In this document: in pieces, positions 1 to 9,836 of the stretch
How the letters are laid out: each line of letters starts with the position of its first letter
How positions within the stretch are numbered: position 1 is the first letter of the stretch
Source: Bacteroidota bacterium
GTDB lineage: Bacteria; Bacteroidota; Bacteroidia; 2-12-FULL-35-15
Length of the DNA: 64,000 nucleotides
Assembly: GCA_025963725.1 (NCBI GenBank)
Contig: JAOQAE010000002.1
Location: 1,356,411 to 1,420,410 of the forward strand
Reading direction: 5' to 3'
Notes under the pieces: generated by a model
The model's input: only the letters and a program-made list of their open reading frames with translations
Told to the model about the DNA's origin: nothing
Databases searched by the model: none
Made by a program: the position numbers and the translations under genes

Positions 1-1954
1 TTGCAACAATGCGCGCCACGGTTGTTTTTCCTGTTCCCGGATTCCCGGTGAAAATACTGTGCAGCGAAAATTTGTTCAGCACATCCCTTCCTGTTTCCTT
101 GTAAAAGCGCACCAGCTTCACCAGCTCGTTGATCTCTTCCTTCACATTGGTCATGCCGGTGAGCGCATTGAGCTCGCCCAGGCCTTCCTTTAATAATTTC
201 TCGTTCACCTCCAGGCTCAGCTTTTTCCTGCCCTGTGATGCGAACACTTTCTGCATGTCGGCAAGCACTATGGTCGACAGCTCTTCATTGCTCATGTCGG
301 CCACATTCGGGTGCCCCATGAGGCGCAAACCGAGGTTCATCTTTGCTTCATCCACCAGCGAAAATACATAGCGCGCATTGCCGAATGAATTATCTCGGGT
401 ACGGTATACTTCCACCAGCATCTCCTGCATAAATGCTTTTGCATCCGGCGTAATGGTCACGCCTTTCTTTGTAGCTGCCAGCTCTGCGATCGCAAACATT
501 TCCTCCGGCATATAATCCTCGAAATGGAAATAATGGCTGAAGCGCGATTTTAACCCCGGGTTTGAATCGATGAAATTTTGCATCTCTTTCGGGTAGCCTG
601 CGCACATGATCGCGATATCGCCTGTTCCGTCGCTCATCTCCTTGATCAGGATCTCCAGCACCTCGTGCCCGAAATCATTGGAATCTTCTTTGGCGCGTGT
701 AAGCGAGTAAGCTTCATCAATAAATAAAATTCCGCCTTTCGCTTCCTCGATGATCTTCTTCACCTTCGGCGCGGTTTGCCCGATGTACTGGGCAACCAGG
801 TCGGAGCGGTCCACTTCCTTCACATGCCCTTTGCTGAGCAGCCCCATTTTCTTATAGAGCTTGCCAAGCATATTCACCACAGTGGTCTTTCCTGTGCCAG
901 GATTGCCGGTGAACACACTGTGCAGCGCGATCTTCCCCGAATCCTCGAAGCCTTTTTCCTTGCGGAGCTTTACGAAGTTGATATAATTGATATGATCCCT
1001 GATGTTCTTTTTCACCGCTTCCATGCCAATGAGCTCATCCAGCTTTGCAAGCAGCTGCTCAATGGTTTCCTCTTCCACTACAACCGCATTTTCCGTTGCT
1101 GTTGCCGGTGTGGCGGTAAATCCTTGTTCCACCGATACGAGCGGCGCAGTCACGCCTTCTTCATTTACGGAACCCATTTCAAAAGGCACCAGGGCTACAA
1201 GCGTATCCATGAACACGATCTCCACCGTGTATTTATCATCCTTCCAGGAGCCTGCAGCATCGCTTCCCCAGCCTGCATCGAAAGTATAGATCAGCTCATT
1301 CTTGTTCTTCTCGATGAAGCCCGTGCGCATTGTTTGTCCTTTCGCCTGCCCGGCATCATCGTAAAAATTAAAGACAAATTCATAGTTCCAGTCGGAAGCG
1401 GTTTTTGTTTTGATCTTGAACTCCACCCAGAGGTAAGGGGTTTCGGCCTTGCTTAATTTCTTAAGATAGGTCCGCTCTTTTATATTCCAGCCATCGAACG
1501 GGCCTGCATATAATTTCACCGATTCCACGCTGAAATACGGGTTGTTGCCGGCTGTTACCTTCCCAACCTCTTCCACGAAGAACTTCTTTGAGCCTACCAG
1601 CTCACCATCAATGTATCCTTCCCATACATAATCGCCGCGGAACCAGTAAGCTCCTTCTGTGGCATTTCCCCAGCCATCGCGCACGTACACAATGTTATCG
1701 TTCATAGAAATGGTCTGCTCCGAATCCAGCGAGCAAAGCTCCTTGCGGGTTTCGCCTGTTACCTCGAAGCATTTCAGGGTGATCTTTGCTTTCCAGTCCT
1801 GCTCATCGAACAGCTTGTTGTAAAAAGAGAATTCGGTCCTTAAATAAGTTGTTTCCGCCCTGTCGAAAACAGTACGGTATTTTTTTGATGCGTTCGCCAT
1901 CCATTCGTCGGATGAATAGACTTTCATGTCTTTGAACTTATAATTTTTTGCCAT
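1..1954 (-). CDS. AAA+ ATPase with tandem AAA modules (CbbX/SpoVK-like) and a ~330-aa N-terminal domain of unknown function; C-terminus runs off the window
   Basis: Minus-strand ORF from the ATG at 1954 is open to position 1. Two Walker A motifs (FTGNPGTGKTTV) lie near positions 870-900 and 40-70. The first module continues KEVDRSDLVAQYIGQTAPKVKKIIEEAKGGILFIDEAYSL, i.e. Walker B and arginine finger. The plus-strand ORFs 776-1456 and 1002-1289 are antisense artifacts. Confidence 0.75.
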   Translation of the reverse strand, partial: MAKNYKFKDMKVYSSDEWMANASKKYRTVFDRAETTYLRTEFSFYNKLFDEQDWKAKITLKCFEVTGETRKELCSLDSEQTISMNDNIVYVRDGWGNATEGAYWFRGDYVWEGYIDGELVGSKKFFVEEVGKVTAGNNPYFSVESVKLYAGPFDGWNIKERTYLKKLSKAETPYLWVEFKIKTKTASDWNYEFVFNFYDDAGQAKGQTMRTGFIEKNKNELIYTFDAGWGSDAAGSWKDDKYTVEIVFMDTLVALVPFEMGSVNEEGVTAPLVSVEQGFTATPATATENAVVVEEETIEQLLAKLDELIGMEAVKKNIRDHINYINFVKLRKEKGFEDSGKIALHSVFTGNPGTGKTTVVNMLGKLYKKMGLLSKGHVKEVDRSDLVAQYIGQTAPKVKKIIEEAKGGILFIDEAYSLTRAKEDSNDFGHEVLEILIKEMSDGTGDIAIMCAGYPKEMQNFIDSNPGLKSRFSHYFHFEDYMPEEMFAIAELAATKKGVTITPDAKAFMQEMLVEVYRTRDNSFGNARYVFSLVDEAKMNLGLRLMGHPNVADMSNEELSTIVLADMQKVFASQGRKKLSLEVNEKLLKEGLGELNALTGMTNVKEEINELVKLVRFYKETGRDVLNKFSLHSIFTGNPGTGKTTVARIVA

Positions 1955-2110
1955 GCCTGTAAAATGTTATATAGAGTAAGAAGAAATCCTGCATCTAATT
2001 TACAAAAAAAAGCAGCGGGACTTACATCGGTTAAAAAAACAGGCTTTTGTTTGTTCCCGGAATATTGACTATAAGCTTTGCCTGTTGTTTTTTACGGTAT
2101 CTTTACATTC

Positions 2111-4114
2111 ATGAAAACGAAGATCTGTTCTGCCTTCCTGGCTTTTTTATTCCTGGGCTATTTCTCAGCTGCACAAACTGCCGGATACCTCTGGGCCCAG
2201 GGCACGGGCAACGGCGGCAATAGTGATAATGCCTACATTGTTGCCAGCGATCCCTGGGGCAATGCCATTGTTACAGGAGCGTTTTCGAGCGCCACCATGA
2301 GCTGCGGCGGCACTACACTTTATAATGCCGACACTGCGGGCGTTGATCCCGATGTTTTTGTTGTAAAATATGATCCGGCCGGAAATGTACTCTGGGCGAG
2401 ATCGGCAGGCGGCAGTTCCCAGGACGAAGGTTTTTGTGTATCAACCGATGCTTCCGGAAATGTGATTGTCTGCGGTTATTTTTCAGGCGCTACTATTACA
2501 TTCGGTAGTGTTACCCTCACGAATACATTTGCAGGCTTAAATGATTTTTTCATCGTAAAATACGACCCGACGGGTACAGTGCTTTGGGCACGCAACGGGG
2601 TAGGCGGCAACGACGAGTATGCACAGGCTGTTTCTGTAGATCCTTCAGGCAATATTTTTGTGACAGGTGGCTTCGGCAGCTCAAGCCTGACCATAGGAAG
2701 TACAACACTTTACAATGCAAGCAGCACCCTGGGTGATATGGACATGTTCATTGCAGGCTATGATCCATCCGGTAATGTGATCTGGGCTTATAGCGCGGGA
2801 GGAGCTGAAACCGACTTCGGCCTGGGCATTGCTGCCGATGTAACCGGTAACATTACAGTGGTGGGATTCTTCTCCAGTTCTTCCATCACGTTTGATACCC
2901 ATACGCTTATAAATGCCGGCAGCCCGGGCACGCAGGATATTTTTGTAGTAAAATATCTGGCATCCGGGAGCATCGGTTTCGCAAAAAGGGCTGGCGGGGC
3001 CGGCGACGATCTTGCGCGAAACGTCAGCACAAATGCAACAGACGATATTTTTGTAACCGGCCATTTCGCGAGCTCCTCTATTACCATTGGTGGAAGCACT
3101 TTGAATAATGCAGGTACCGGAACATCAGACATGTTCCTTGCAAAATATGACAACCTGGGTAATGCGGTATGGGCCAATTCAGCAGGAGGCAGTGCAGAGG
3201 AAATGGGAAAGCGTATCATCGGCGATGATAGCGGAAACGCAACGGTGATCGGTTATTTTATGAGCGACACAATGAATTTTGATTCTGTTTCACTTACAAA
3301 TGCCGGAAGCGGCACTGCCGACATTTATCTTGCAAAATATGATGCGACAGGCAACCGTGAATGGGTGCAGCGAGCAGGATCAACCGGGAATGATTACGGC
3401 TGGGGGATCCGCACAAATGCAAACAACGACACGTATGTGACAGGCTTTTTCAACAGCCCGGGCTTTGCACTGGGCAGCACTATGATAACGAACAGCGATC
3501 CAACCGGCAGCACTTTCGATTACTTTCTCGCGAAATTGATCACCACACCACCCTGCCACGCGTATTATTCAACCGTGTACGATTCTGCCTCCAATACATT
3601 TAACATTACTGTGGATTCTGCTACCGCAGCCGCAGCCGTAACCTATCGCTGGGACTTTGGCGATGGCACAATCTCGGCTTCACCTGCTCCTGTGCATACC
3701 TATGCAGTGGATTCCATTTATTCCGTTTGCATGACAGTTCACACCACCTTTGGCGATTCCTGCTTTTATTGTTCGTTGATCGGGAAGGATACTGCAGGGA
3801 ATATAATCCGTACAACGGGTTTTACTATTAATGTGCACAATCCAACAACCGGAGCACAGGAAATTACATCCGCCGATCCGGAAATAAGCATATACCCAAA
3901 CCCGGGCACAGGAATTTTCAGCATCCGTTCGGGCAAGCCGGTATCTGTTGTTGAAGTACTTAACATACTTGGTGAAAACATCCTGAATGTAAAAGTTCAG
4001 CAATCGGCAGAAACGACAAGCGTTGATCTTTCTGCTGAGCCAAACGGGATCTATTTCATACGGATCATTTCAGGTAAGCAGGAAACAATCAAAAAGATTT
4101 GTATTTCCAGGTAA
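2111..4114 (+). CDS. T9SS-sorted secreted protein with SBBP-type beta-propeller repeats, a PKD-like domain and a Por-secretion C-terminal domain
   Basis: Signal peptide MKTKICSAFLAFLFLGYFSAAQ. Repeated DxSGNVxVTGxF units occur about 12 times. A PKD-like segment reads YRWDFGDGT...HTY. The C-terminus (IYPNPGTGIFSIR...NGIYFIRIISGKQ) matches the T9SS type A sorting domain. I moved the start from the TTG at 2078 to the ATG at 2111, which precedes the signal peptide. Confidence 0.8.
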   Translation: MKTKICSAFLAFLFLGYFSAAQTAGYLWAQGTGNGGNSDNAYIVASDPWGNAIVTGAFSSATMSCGGTTLYNADTAGVDPDVFVVKYDPAGNVLWARSAGGSSQDEGFCVSTDASGNVIVCGYFSGATITFGSVTLTNTFAGLNDFFIVKYDPTGTVLWARNGVGGNDEYAQAVSVDPSGNIFVTGGFGSSSLTIGSTTLYNASSTLGDMDMFIAGYDPSGNVIWAYSAGGAETDFGLGIAADVTGNITVVGFFSSSSITFDTHTLINAGSPGTQDIFVVKYLASGSIGFAKRAGGAGDDLARNVSTNATDDIFVTGHFASSSITIGGSTLNNAGTGTSDMFLAKYDNLGNAVWANSAGGSAEEMGKRIIGDDSGNATVIGYFMSDTMNFDSVSLTNAGSGTADIYLAKYDATGNREWVQRAGSTGNDYGWGIRTNANNDTYVTGFFNSPGFALGSTMITNSDPTGSTFDYFLAKLITTPPCHAYYSTVYDSASNTFNITVDSATAAAAVTYRWDFGDGTISASPAPVHTYAVDSIYSVCMTVHTTFGDSCFYCSLIGKDTAGNIIRTTGFTINVHNPTTGAQEITSADPEISIYPNPGTGIFSIRSGKPVSVVEVLNILGENILNVKVQQSAETTSVDLSAEPNGIYFIRIISGKQETIKKICISR

Positions 4115-4130
4115 CGTAACGGCTTGAAGC

Positions 4131-4166
4131 AATAAAAAACCCGTCCTCTTTGCAGGGGACGGGCAT
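4131..4166. terminator. Bidirectional intrinsic-terminator-like hairpin between convergent genes
   Basis: A 7-bp GC stem (cccgtcc / ggacggg, 4140-4146 and 4157-4163) is preceded by an A-run at 4134-4139, which gives a U-run on the minus strand. It sits between the convergent ends of the 2111-4114 (+) and 4201-4596 (-) genes. Confidence 0.5.
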
Positions 4167-4200
4167 AATTAGATAAATCTCTCTAAACTAAATCTAATTA

Positions 4201-4596
4201 TTAATAATTGCCGGAGGCAATTGCTTTTTGTGAAGGTGAACTGCTGCTGGCTTCCTGGAACAATACGCCGTTGATGTAGATCTGTACATGAACGCTTTTT
4301 CTTGCAGGTGCTGCATTTGAAGCTTCGAGGTAAAAGAACTTTCCTTTGATGCAGGAAAAGCTTACGGAATGAGCTGCCCTTGTAATGGTTTCAGATTTCA
4401 TTTCCAGTTGCCCATCCGCGTTCGGGAACATATAGGATGCTTCTACATCCGCCGATTCGCTTGTGATCTTATATTCAACATTGATCGAAACCGGGGTTGC
4501 CGCAACCGGTGATTGTGGCTGAAGGTCATTCTCCTTTTTGCAGGAAACTGCTGTAATGCTTATTATTACTGCAAAAGCGAGGATTATTCTTTTCAT
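4201..4596 (-). CDS. Small lipoprotein, hypothetical
   Basis: N-terminus MKRIILAFAVIISITAVSCKK is a lipobox-type signal peptide. There is no recognisable domain. Confidence 0.55.
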   Translation of the reverse strand: MKRIILAFAVIISITAVSCKKENDLQPQSPVAATPVSINVEYKITSESADVEASYMFPNADGQLEMKSETITRAAHSVSFSCIKGKFFYLEASNAAPARKSVHVQIYINGVLFQEASSSSPSQKAIASGNY

Positions 4597-4865
4597 TTTG
4601 TGTGTTTCTTAGTTTGAATTCGAGTGCAAAAGTACACTTTTTTAAACACAAAGCAAATATTTGACGATAAATTTATGGTATTGGACGATAAAATTATTCT
4701 GAAAGGGGATAAAGCGGGATTTGGAGCTGCTGAAAAAAGAAGCAAAAGGAATATGGGATATGAGAGATGGTCTACTTCTCGATACGCTTCACTGCGTTAC
4801 GCACTCGAAGTGACCTATAACAATGAGAAACTCAAAATTACAACCAAAGCATTTTTAAGCATTGA

Positions 4866-5864
4866 TTAGAACTGCAAACTCAGCTTCCGGTACCCTTCAT
4901 GCGTTTCAGCTTTCATGCGCTCGATGATCTCATGGCATGATGCTATATCATCGATGAGCTCCACGCTTTGCCCTGCGCACCAAAGGGTTTGGTAATTGCC
5001 CGGGTGAATGGATTTCTCCAGCTTCTTCATTCCGCTCAGCTGCACCCACATCTTAAAATATTTTTTAGTGGTGGAATTGTTCGACAGCATGCGTTCCATC
5101 CAATTCTGCCGGTAGCCGATCTTCTTTGCGAAAGGCGTGTTGATAATGGTGCAGGGCGTGCCCGATATTTTTTCGGTCAGCACAATGTCGCTCATCTTCG
5201 AGCTTACCACCGCATTCTTGTAATCGTTGCTTACACCCGCCTCAATGCTTGCTATAAAGCGTGTGCCCACTGAAACTCCTGCCGCCCCAAGCGCCAGCAT
5301 CGAAAGGATCCCTTCCCCGCCCGCTATTCCACCCGCCGCGATCACGATCTTATCCGGGAAATGATGATGCAATGATGGGATCAGCACCTGCAGTGTATTA
5401 GGCCCTGCGTGCCCGCCGGCGCCCTGTCCCACCGCAATAAATCCATCACAGCCAAGGTCGTTGCACTTCTGCGCATGCTCTATATTGGTAACATCGCAGA
5501 ATACCTTTGCCCCGTACTTATGCGCCTCTTCGATCACCTGCTTCGGATTCCCCAGCGAAGTGATGTAAAAGGGAACTTTCTTCGCAACACAGATCGCAAG
5601 GTGCTTTTCATACAATGGATTTGTTTTCTGAACAATCAGATTAATGCCATACGTGCCTTTTGCGCCAGGGCCTTCCTTTGCCGCATTCAGCGCATCCAGC
5701 AGCTTTTCCAGCTCACCTTCATTCCTGTAGTTCAGGCTCGGGAATGTAGCCGCGATGCCGCTGTTCATGCCCGCTTTTACCATGGCTTCATTGCTGACCA
5801 GGAACATAGGCGCCATGATCATCGGAAAATCAATATTCAGTACTTCAGTGAGCTTTGTTTGCAT
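4866..5864 (-). CDS. Nitronate monooxygenase / NAD(P)H-dependent flavin oxidoreductase (NMO/FabK-like)
   Basis: IDFPMIMAPMFLVSNEAMVKAGMNSGIAATFP plus GAxxGGHxG-like IAVGQGAGGHAG. These are typical of the 2-nitropropane dioxygenase / enoyl-ACP reductase II family. Confidence 0.75.
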   Translation of the reverse strand: MQTKLTEVLNIDFPMIMAPMFLVSNEAMVKAGMNSGIAATFPSLNYRNEGELEKLLDALNAAKEGPGAKGTYGINLIVQKTNPLYEKHLAICVAKKVPFYITSLGNPKQVIEEAHKYGAKVFCDVTNIEHAQKCNDLGCDGFIAVGQGAGGHAGPNTLQVLIPSLHHHFPDKIVIAAGGIAGGEGILSMLALGAAGVSVGTRFIASIEAGVSNDYKNAVVSSKMSDIVLTEKISGTPCTIINTPFAKKIGYRQNWMERMLSNNSTTKKYFKMWVQLSGMKKLEKSIHPGNYQTLWCAGQSVELIDDIASCHEIIERMKAETHEGYRKLSLQF

Positions 5865-5992
5865 TTGGAGACGTTTATGGTTGCGGAACCGCTAAAATAT
5901 TTTATTTTTGGAAATGTAAAGATACGGATAATCGATCGCAACGTCGTATCTCATCCGGTTTAAACACTAACCAATTCACTTATTCAACATTT

Positions 5993-7759
5993 ATGGCTGT
6001 AACACGCATTTTCGACATATTACCACAATTGCTTGAAAAATACAATAAGCCGGATGCGCTTGCATCGAAGGAAAACGGCAAATGGGCCACCGTCTCCACG
6101 CAGCAATTCGTTGACAATGTAAACAACCTGAGCTACGGGCTGTATAACCTCGGACTGCAGCGTGATGACAAGGTCGCGATCATTGCCAACAACCGCCCCG
6201 AATGGAACTTTACCGATTTTGCCATCCAGCAGTGCGGCGCGGTGAGTGTGCCTATTTACCCGACCATCAGCGAGCACGACCTTGCCTTTATCCTGAACGA
6301 TGCGAAAATAAAATATGTGTTCGTTTCCAGCGCCGAACTGTATAAGAAGCTGCAGGCCGCCGCTACAAATGTTCCTTCCATCCAGGGGATTTACACCTAT
6401 AACAAAGTGGAAGGCGCAAAACACTGGTCGGAGCTGGCCACTGAAGGCAAACAAAATCCAAAGGCCGCAGAGATCGAGGCGATCAAAAAGACCATTCAAC
6501 CCAACACGCTGTTCTCCATCCTTTACACTTCCGGCACCACGGGCAACCCGAAAGGCGTTATGCTTTCACACAATAACCTCATCAGCAACTCCATCGCCTG
6601 CCAGGTACTTGCGCCTTTCGAAAGCAACTGGAAAGCGCTGAGCTTCCTTCCGCTCAACCACGTGTACGAACGCATGCTGAGCACGCTCTATTTTTACCTC
6701 GGCGTATCGGTGTATTATGCCGAAAGCATCGACACGATCGGCGAGAACTTAAAAGAGGTGAAGCCGCAGATCTTCGGCACCGTGCCGCGACTGCTTGAAA
6801 AAGTGTACGACCGCATTGTTGCAAAAGGCGATGAGCAAACAGGCATTAAAAAGAAATTATTCTTCTGGGCCCTCGACCTCGGGCTGCGCTATGAAGTGAA
6901 CGGTGCGAACGGCTGGTTCTACGAGATGCAGCTGAAGCTGGCCAACAAGCTCATCTTTTCCAAATGGCGCGAAGCGCTCGGAGGAAACGTGGTGGCAGTA
7001 GCTTCCGGCGGTGCAGCACTGCAGCCAAGGCTTGCACGCGTATTCAACTCCGCAAACATAAAAGTGCTGGAAGGCTACGGCTTAACGGAAACATCGCCGG
7101 TGATCGCGGTGAACAGCTTCCTGCCCGACAGCATCCGCTTCGGAACGGTAGGCCCCGTGATAGAAGGCGTAACCGTGTCATTTGCCGAAGACGGTGAGAT
7201 CCTCGTGAAAGGCCCTAACGTGATGCTCGGCTATTACAACCGTCCGGATGCTACTGCAGAAGCCATCGATGAAAAAGGCTGGTTCCATACCGGCGATATC
7301 GGCGTGATGGTGGAGAACCGCTTCCTGAAGATCACCGACCGCAAGAAAGAGATCTTTAAAACTTCGGGAGGCAAGTACATCGCCCCCGTGATGATCGAAA
7401 ATAAATTAAAGGAATCGCAGTTCATCGAGCAGGTGATGGTGATCGGCGAGAACCAGAAATATGCTTCTGCGCTGATCGTCCCGGCTTTTGCTTTCCTGAA
7501 GGAATACTGCAAGCGCAAAGGGATCCCATACACTACCAACGAGGAGATGATTCAGAATCCCATGATCCGCGCACGTATCCTCCAATCGGTGGAGAAGGTG
7601 AACCAGACACTGGCGCAATACGAGACCATCAAGCGTCCTGAATTCTTAAGCCGCGAATGGAGCATTGAAAAAAATGAGATGACGCCGAAAATGTCGCTGA
7701 AGCGGAAAGTGATCATGGAAGCCAATAAAGCCCTGATCGATAAGATCTACAACGAATAA
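5993..7759 (+). CDS. Long-chain fatty acid-CoA ligase (AMP-dependent synthetase)
   Basis: AMP-binding motif ILYTSGTTGNPKGVMLSHNNL. GYGLTETSP and the FHTGDIG...GEILVKG motifs are also present. The ATG at 5993 (MAVTRIF) fits the family N-terminus better than the upstream TTG at 5855. Confidence 0.85.
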   Translation: MAVTRIFDILPQLLEKYNKPDALASKENGKWATVSTQQFVDNVNNLSYGLYNLGLQRDDKVAIIANNRPEWNFTDFAIQQCGAVSVPIYPTISEHDLAFILNDAKIKYVFVSSAELYKKLQAAATNVPSIQGIYTYNKVEGAKHWSELATEGKQNPKAAEIEAIKKTIQPNTLFSILYTSGTTGNPKGVMLSHNNLISNSIACQVLAPFESNWKALSFLPLNHVYERMLSTLYFYLGVSVYYAESIDTIGENLKEVKPQIFGTVPRLLEKVYDRIVAKGDEQTGIKKKLFFWALDLGLRYEVNGANGWFYEMQLKLANKLIFSKWREALGGNVVAVASGGAALQPRLARVFNSANIKVLEGYGLTETSPVIAVNSFLPDSIRFGTVGPVIEGVTVSFAEDGEILVKGPNVMLGYYNRPDATAEAIDEKGWFHTGDIGVMVENRFLKITDRKKEIFKTSGGKYIAPVMIENKLKESQFIEQVMVIGENQKYASALIVPAFAFLKEYCKRKGIPYTTNEEMIQNPMIRARILQSVEKVNQTLAQYETIKRPEFLSREWSIEKNEMTPKMSLKRKVIMEANKALIDKIYNE

Positions 7760-7771
7760 TCCTTCGCCTGT

Positions 7772-9709
7772 ATGAAAAAGCAAAAGCATGCCGCAAAGCA
7801 GAAGCAAACGGAGGCGCCCATTGTTGAGAAGAAGCTGCTGATCCGCCTTTCGCTCATCATTGCCGTTTTCTCATTCATCCTGTATGCCAATACGCTGCGC
7901 CACGAATTTGTGCTGGATGATAACTCCGTGATCAAGGAGAACACGATGACGCAGGGCGGCGTTTCCTCACTGAAAGCGATCTTCAGCTCCGCTTACCGTG
8001 CCGGCTATCCCAACGCCGAGAACAATCTATACAGGCCCCTTTCCAAAGCCATGTTTGCAGTGGAATGGCAGCTTTCACCCGACAATCCGCACATCCATCA
8101 TTTTGTGAATGTGCTGCTGTATGCGCTTGCCTGTGTGTTGCTTTTTATTGTTTTGAGCCGCTGGACGAAGATCAACATCTACGTGCTGTTCATCACCGCG
8201 CTTATTTTTGCCGCACATCCTATCCACACCGAAGTGGTTGCCAACATCAAAAGCAGGGACGAGATCCTTACCATGCTTTTCCTGTTGCTTTCACTGAATG
8301 CTGCATTGAACCACCTCAGCAATCAAAAAGCGCTTTCGCTGATCGCTTACCTCTTCTGTTTCTTCCTTGCGTTATTATCGAAGGAATCCGCGATCGTATT
8401 CATTGCCATTGTTCCGCTGTTCATTTATTTTTTCACGGAATTCCCTTTAAAGAAAAATTTGCTGCTCACATTCGCTGCGGCGGGTGTCGCCATTATCTAC
8501 CTGCTCATCCACAAAAGCGTGATCGGCAGCATCGGCTTATCGAACATTCCGGCCATCGACAATTCACTGCTGATCACCGACAATATATTCCTTCAAAAGG
8601 CGACTGCTATCATGATCATGGGCCGCTACCTGCTGCTGCTTATTTTCCCTCACCCGCTTTCCAGCGATTACTCCTTCAACACCATTCCCATTGTGAGCGG
8701 CGCCGGCGATCCTGCATTCCTGATTGCGCTGCTGATCCATGTATTCCTGCTTACATACGCGATAAAAAAAATAAAGGGAAAGCACCTGCTCTCTTTCTGC
8801 ATTCTCTTTTACCTCGTCAGCATGTCGATCGCCTCCAACATTTTCATGACCATCGGGACACACCTGGCGGAGCGACTGCTGTTCCTGCCCTCCATCGCAT
8901 ACTGCCTCGCACTGAGCTATCTCGCGTGTAAGCTGTTCAAAATAAATACCGCAACGGCGACAAACCTCAGTGCATTTTTTCGCACAGCAAAGCCGTATTC
9001 ATTTCTTACCGCAGCCCTGCTCCTGCTCTTCACATTCAAAACCACGGCAAGGAATAAGGACTGGAGATCGAACGGGGTGCTTTTCGAAAAGGATCTGCAA
9101 ACCGTTCCCAACAGCGCCCACATGCTGATGTACTATACCGATCACCTGCTCAAAAAAGAGAACCTCGACAAGCTTTCGCCGGAAGCAAGGCAGGCGCAGC
9201 TGATCAAAGCAAAAGGCTATATTGAGAAAGCGCTAAAGATATACGAGCTATTCCCCGACGCGCATTATTTATCCGGCAGGGCACACTATGAGCTGAAAGA
9301 TTACGAAAGCGCCTATAGGGAATATTTCAGGGCATTGTCGCTGAACCCCGGAAAGGCCATGTACCACAACAATGCAGGAACATCCCTTTTCTCACTGGGC
9401 AGGTACCCGGAAGCGGCAAAGGAATTTGAAACGGCCATGCAGCTGAACCCCGCCGATCCCGATCCTCCCTTCAATCTCGGAAGTGCATACGGCGCCATGG
9501 GCGAAGGCTACAGGCAGAAGAACGACATGGAAAATGCAGTCAAAATGTTTAACATCGCCATCCCGAATTTCCAGAAAGCGATCCGCATGAAGCCGGATTA
9601 TAAATCGGCTTACCAGTTCCTTGGCGCCACGTATATGAACATGGGCGATACGGTGAATGGGAAGATCTATTTGGGGAAGGCTGCGCTGGTGGTGGAGAGG
9701 AAGAAGTGA
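7772..9709 (+). CDS. Multi-pass membrane protein with C-terminal TPR repeats (DUF1736/TMTC/PMT-like glycosyltransferase family)
   Basis: At least 10 hydrophobic segments, with the motif YANTLRHEFVLDD near the N-terminus. C-terminal TPR-like repeats read AHYLSGRAHYELKDYESAYREYFRALSLNP... Confidence 0.7.
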   Translation: MKKQKHAAKQKQTEAPIVEKKLLIRLSLIIAVFSFILYANTLRHEFVLDDNSVIKENTMTQGGVSSLKAIFSSAYRAGYPNAENNLYRPLSKAMFAVEWQLSPDNPHIHHFVNVLLYALACVLLFIVLSRWTKINIYVLFITALIFAAHPIHTEVVANIKSRDEILTMLFLLLSLNAALNHLSNQKALSLIAYLFCFFLALLSKESAIVFIAIVPLFIYFFTEFPLKKNLLLTFAAAGVAIIYLLIHKSVIGSIGLSNIPAIDNSLLITDNIFLQKATAIMIMGRYLLLLIFPHPLSSDYSFNTIPIVSGAGDPAFLIALLIHVFLLTYAIKKIKGKHLLSFCILFYLVSMSIASNIFMTIGTHLAERLLFLPSIAYCLALSYLACKLFKINTATATNLSAFFRTAKPYSFLTAALLLLFTFKTTARNKDWRSNGVLFEKDLQTVPNSAHMLMYYTDHLLKKENLDKLSPEARQAQLIKAKGYIEKALKIYELFPDAHYLSGRAHYELKDYESAYREYFRALSLNPGKAMYHNNAGTSLFSLGRYPEAAKEFETAMQLNPADPDPPFNLGSAYGAMGEGYRQKNDMENAVKMFNIAIPNFQKAIRMKPDYKSAYQFLGATYMNMGDTVNGKIYLGKAALVVERKK

Positions 9710-9836
9710 GGGCAAGAGGGCTCTTGCGACACTTGAACATTAATAATTTGATGTAGGAAGACGTTTAACAGTTTCAAAAGCTTCACCCACGCCAAACTCA
9801 AAATCGTAGTAGTAATAATAAATAAAAAACAAGACA

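Noticed and set aside
776-1456. 226-aa and 95-aa plus-strand ORFs at the start of the window
   Set aside because: They are fully embedded in, and antisense to, the strongly supported AAA+ ATPase gene (Walker A/B motifs on the minus strand). They have no motifs and biased composition.
8065-8931. 288-aa His/Cys/Arg-rich plus-strand ORF
   Set aside because: It is out of frame inside the TPR membrane protein gene (7772-9709), which has coherent TM and TPR architecture. The composition is typical of an off-frame read of a GC-moderate gene.
9711-9727. Short hairpin GCAAGAGGGCTCTTGC after the TPR membrane protein gene
   Set aside because: The 6-bp stem has a 2-4-nt loop and no U-tract. It is too weak to call as a terminator.
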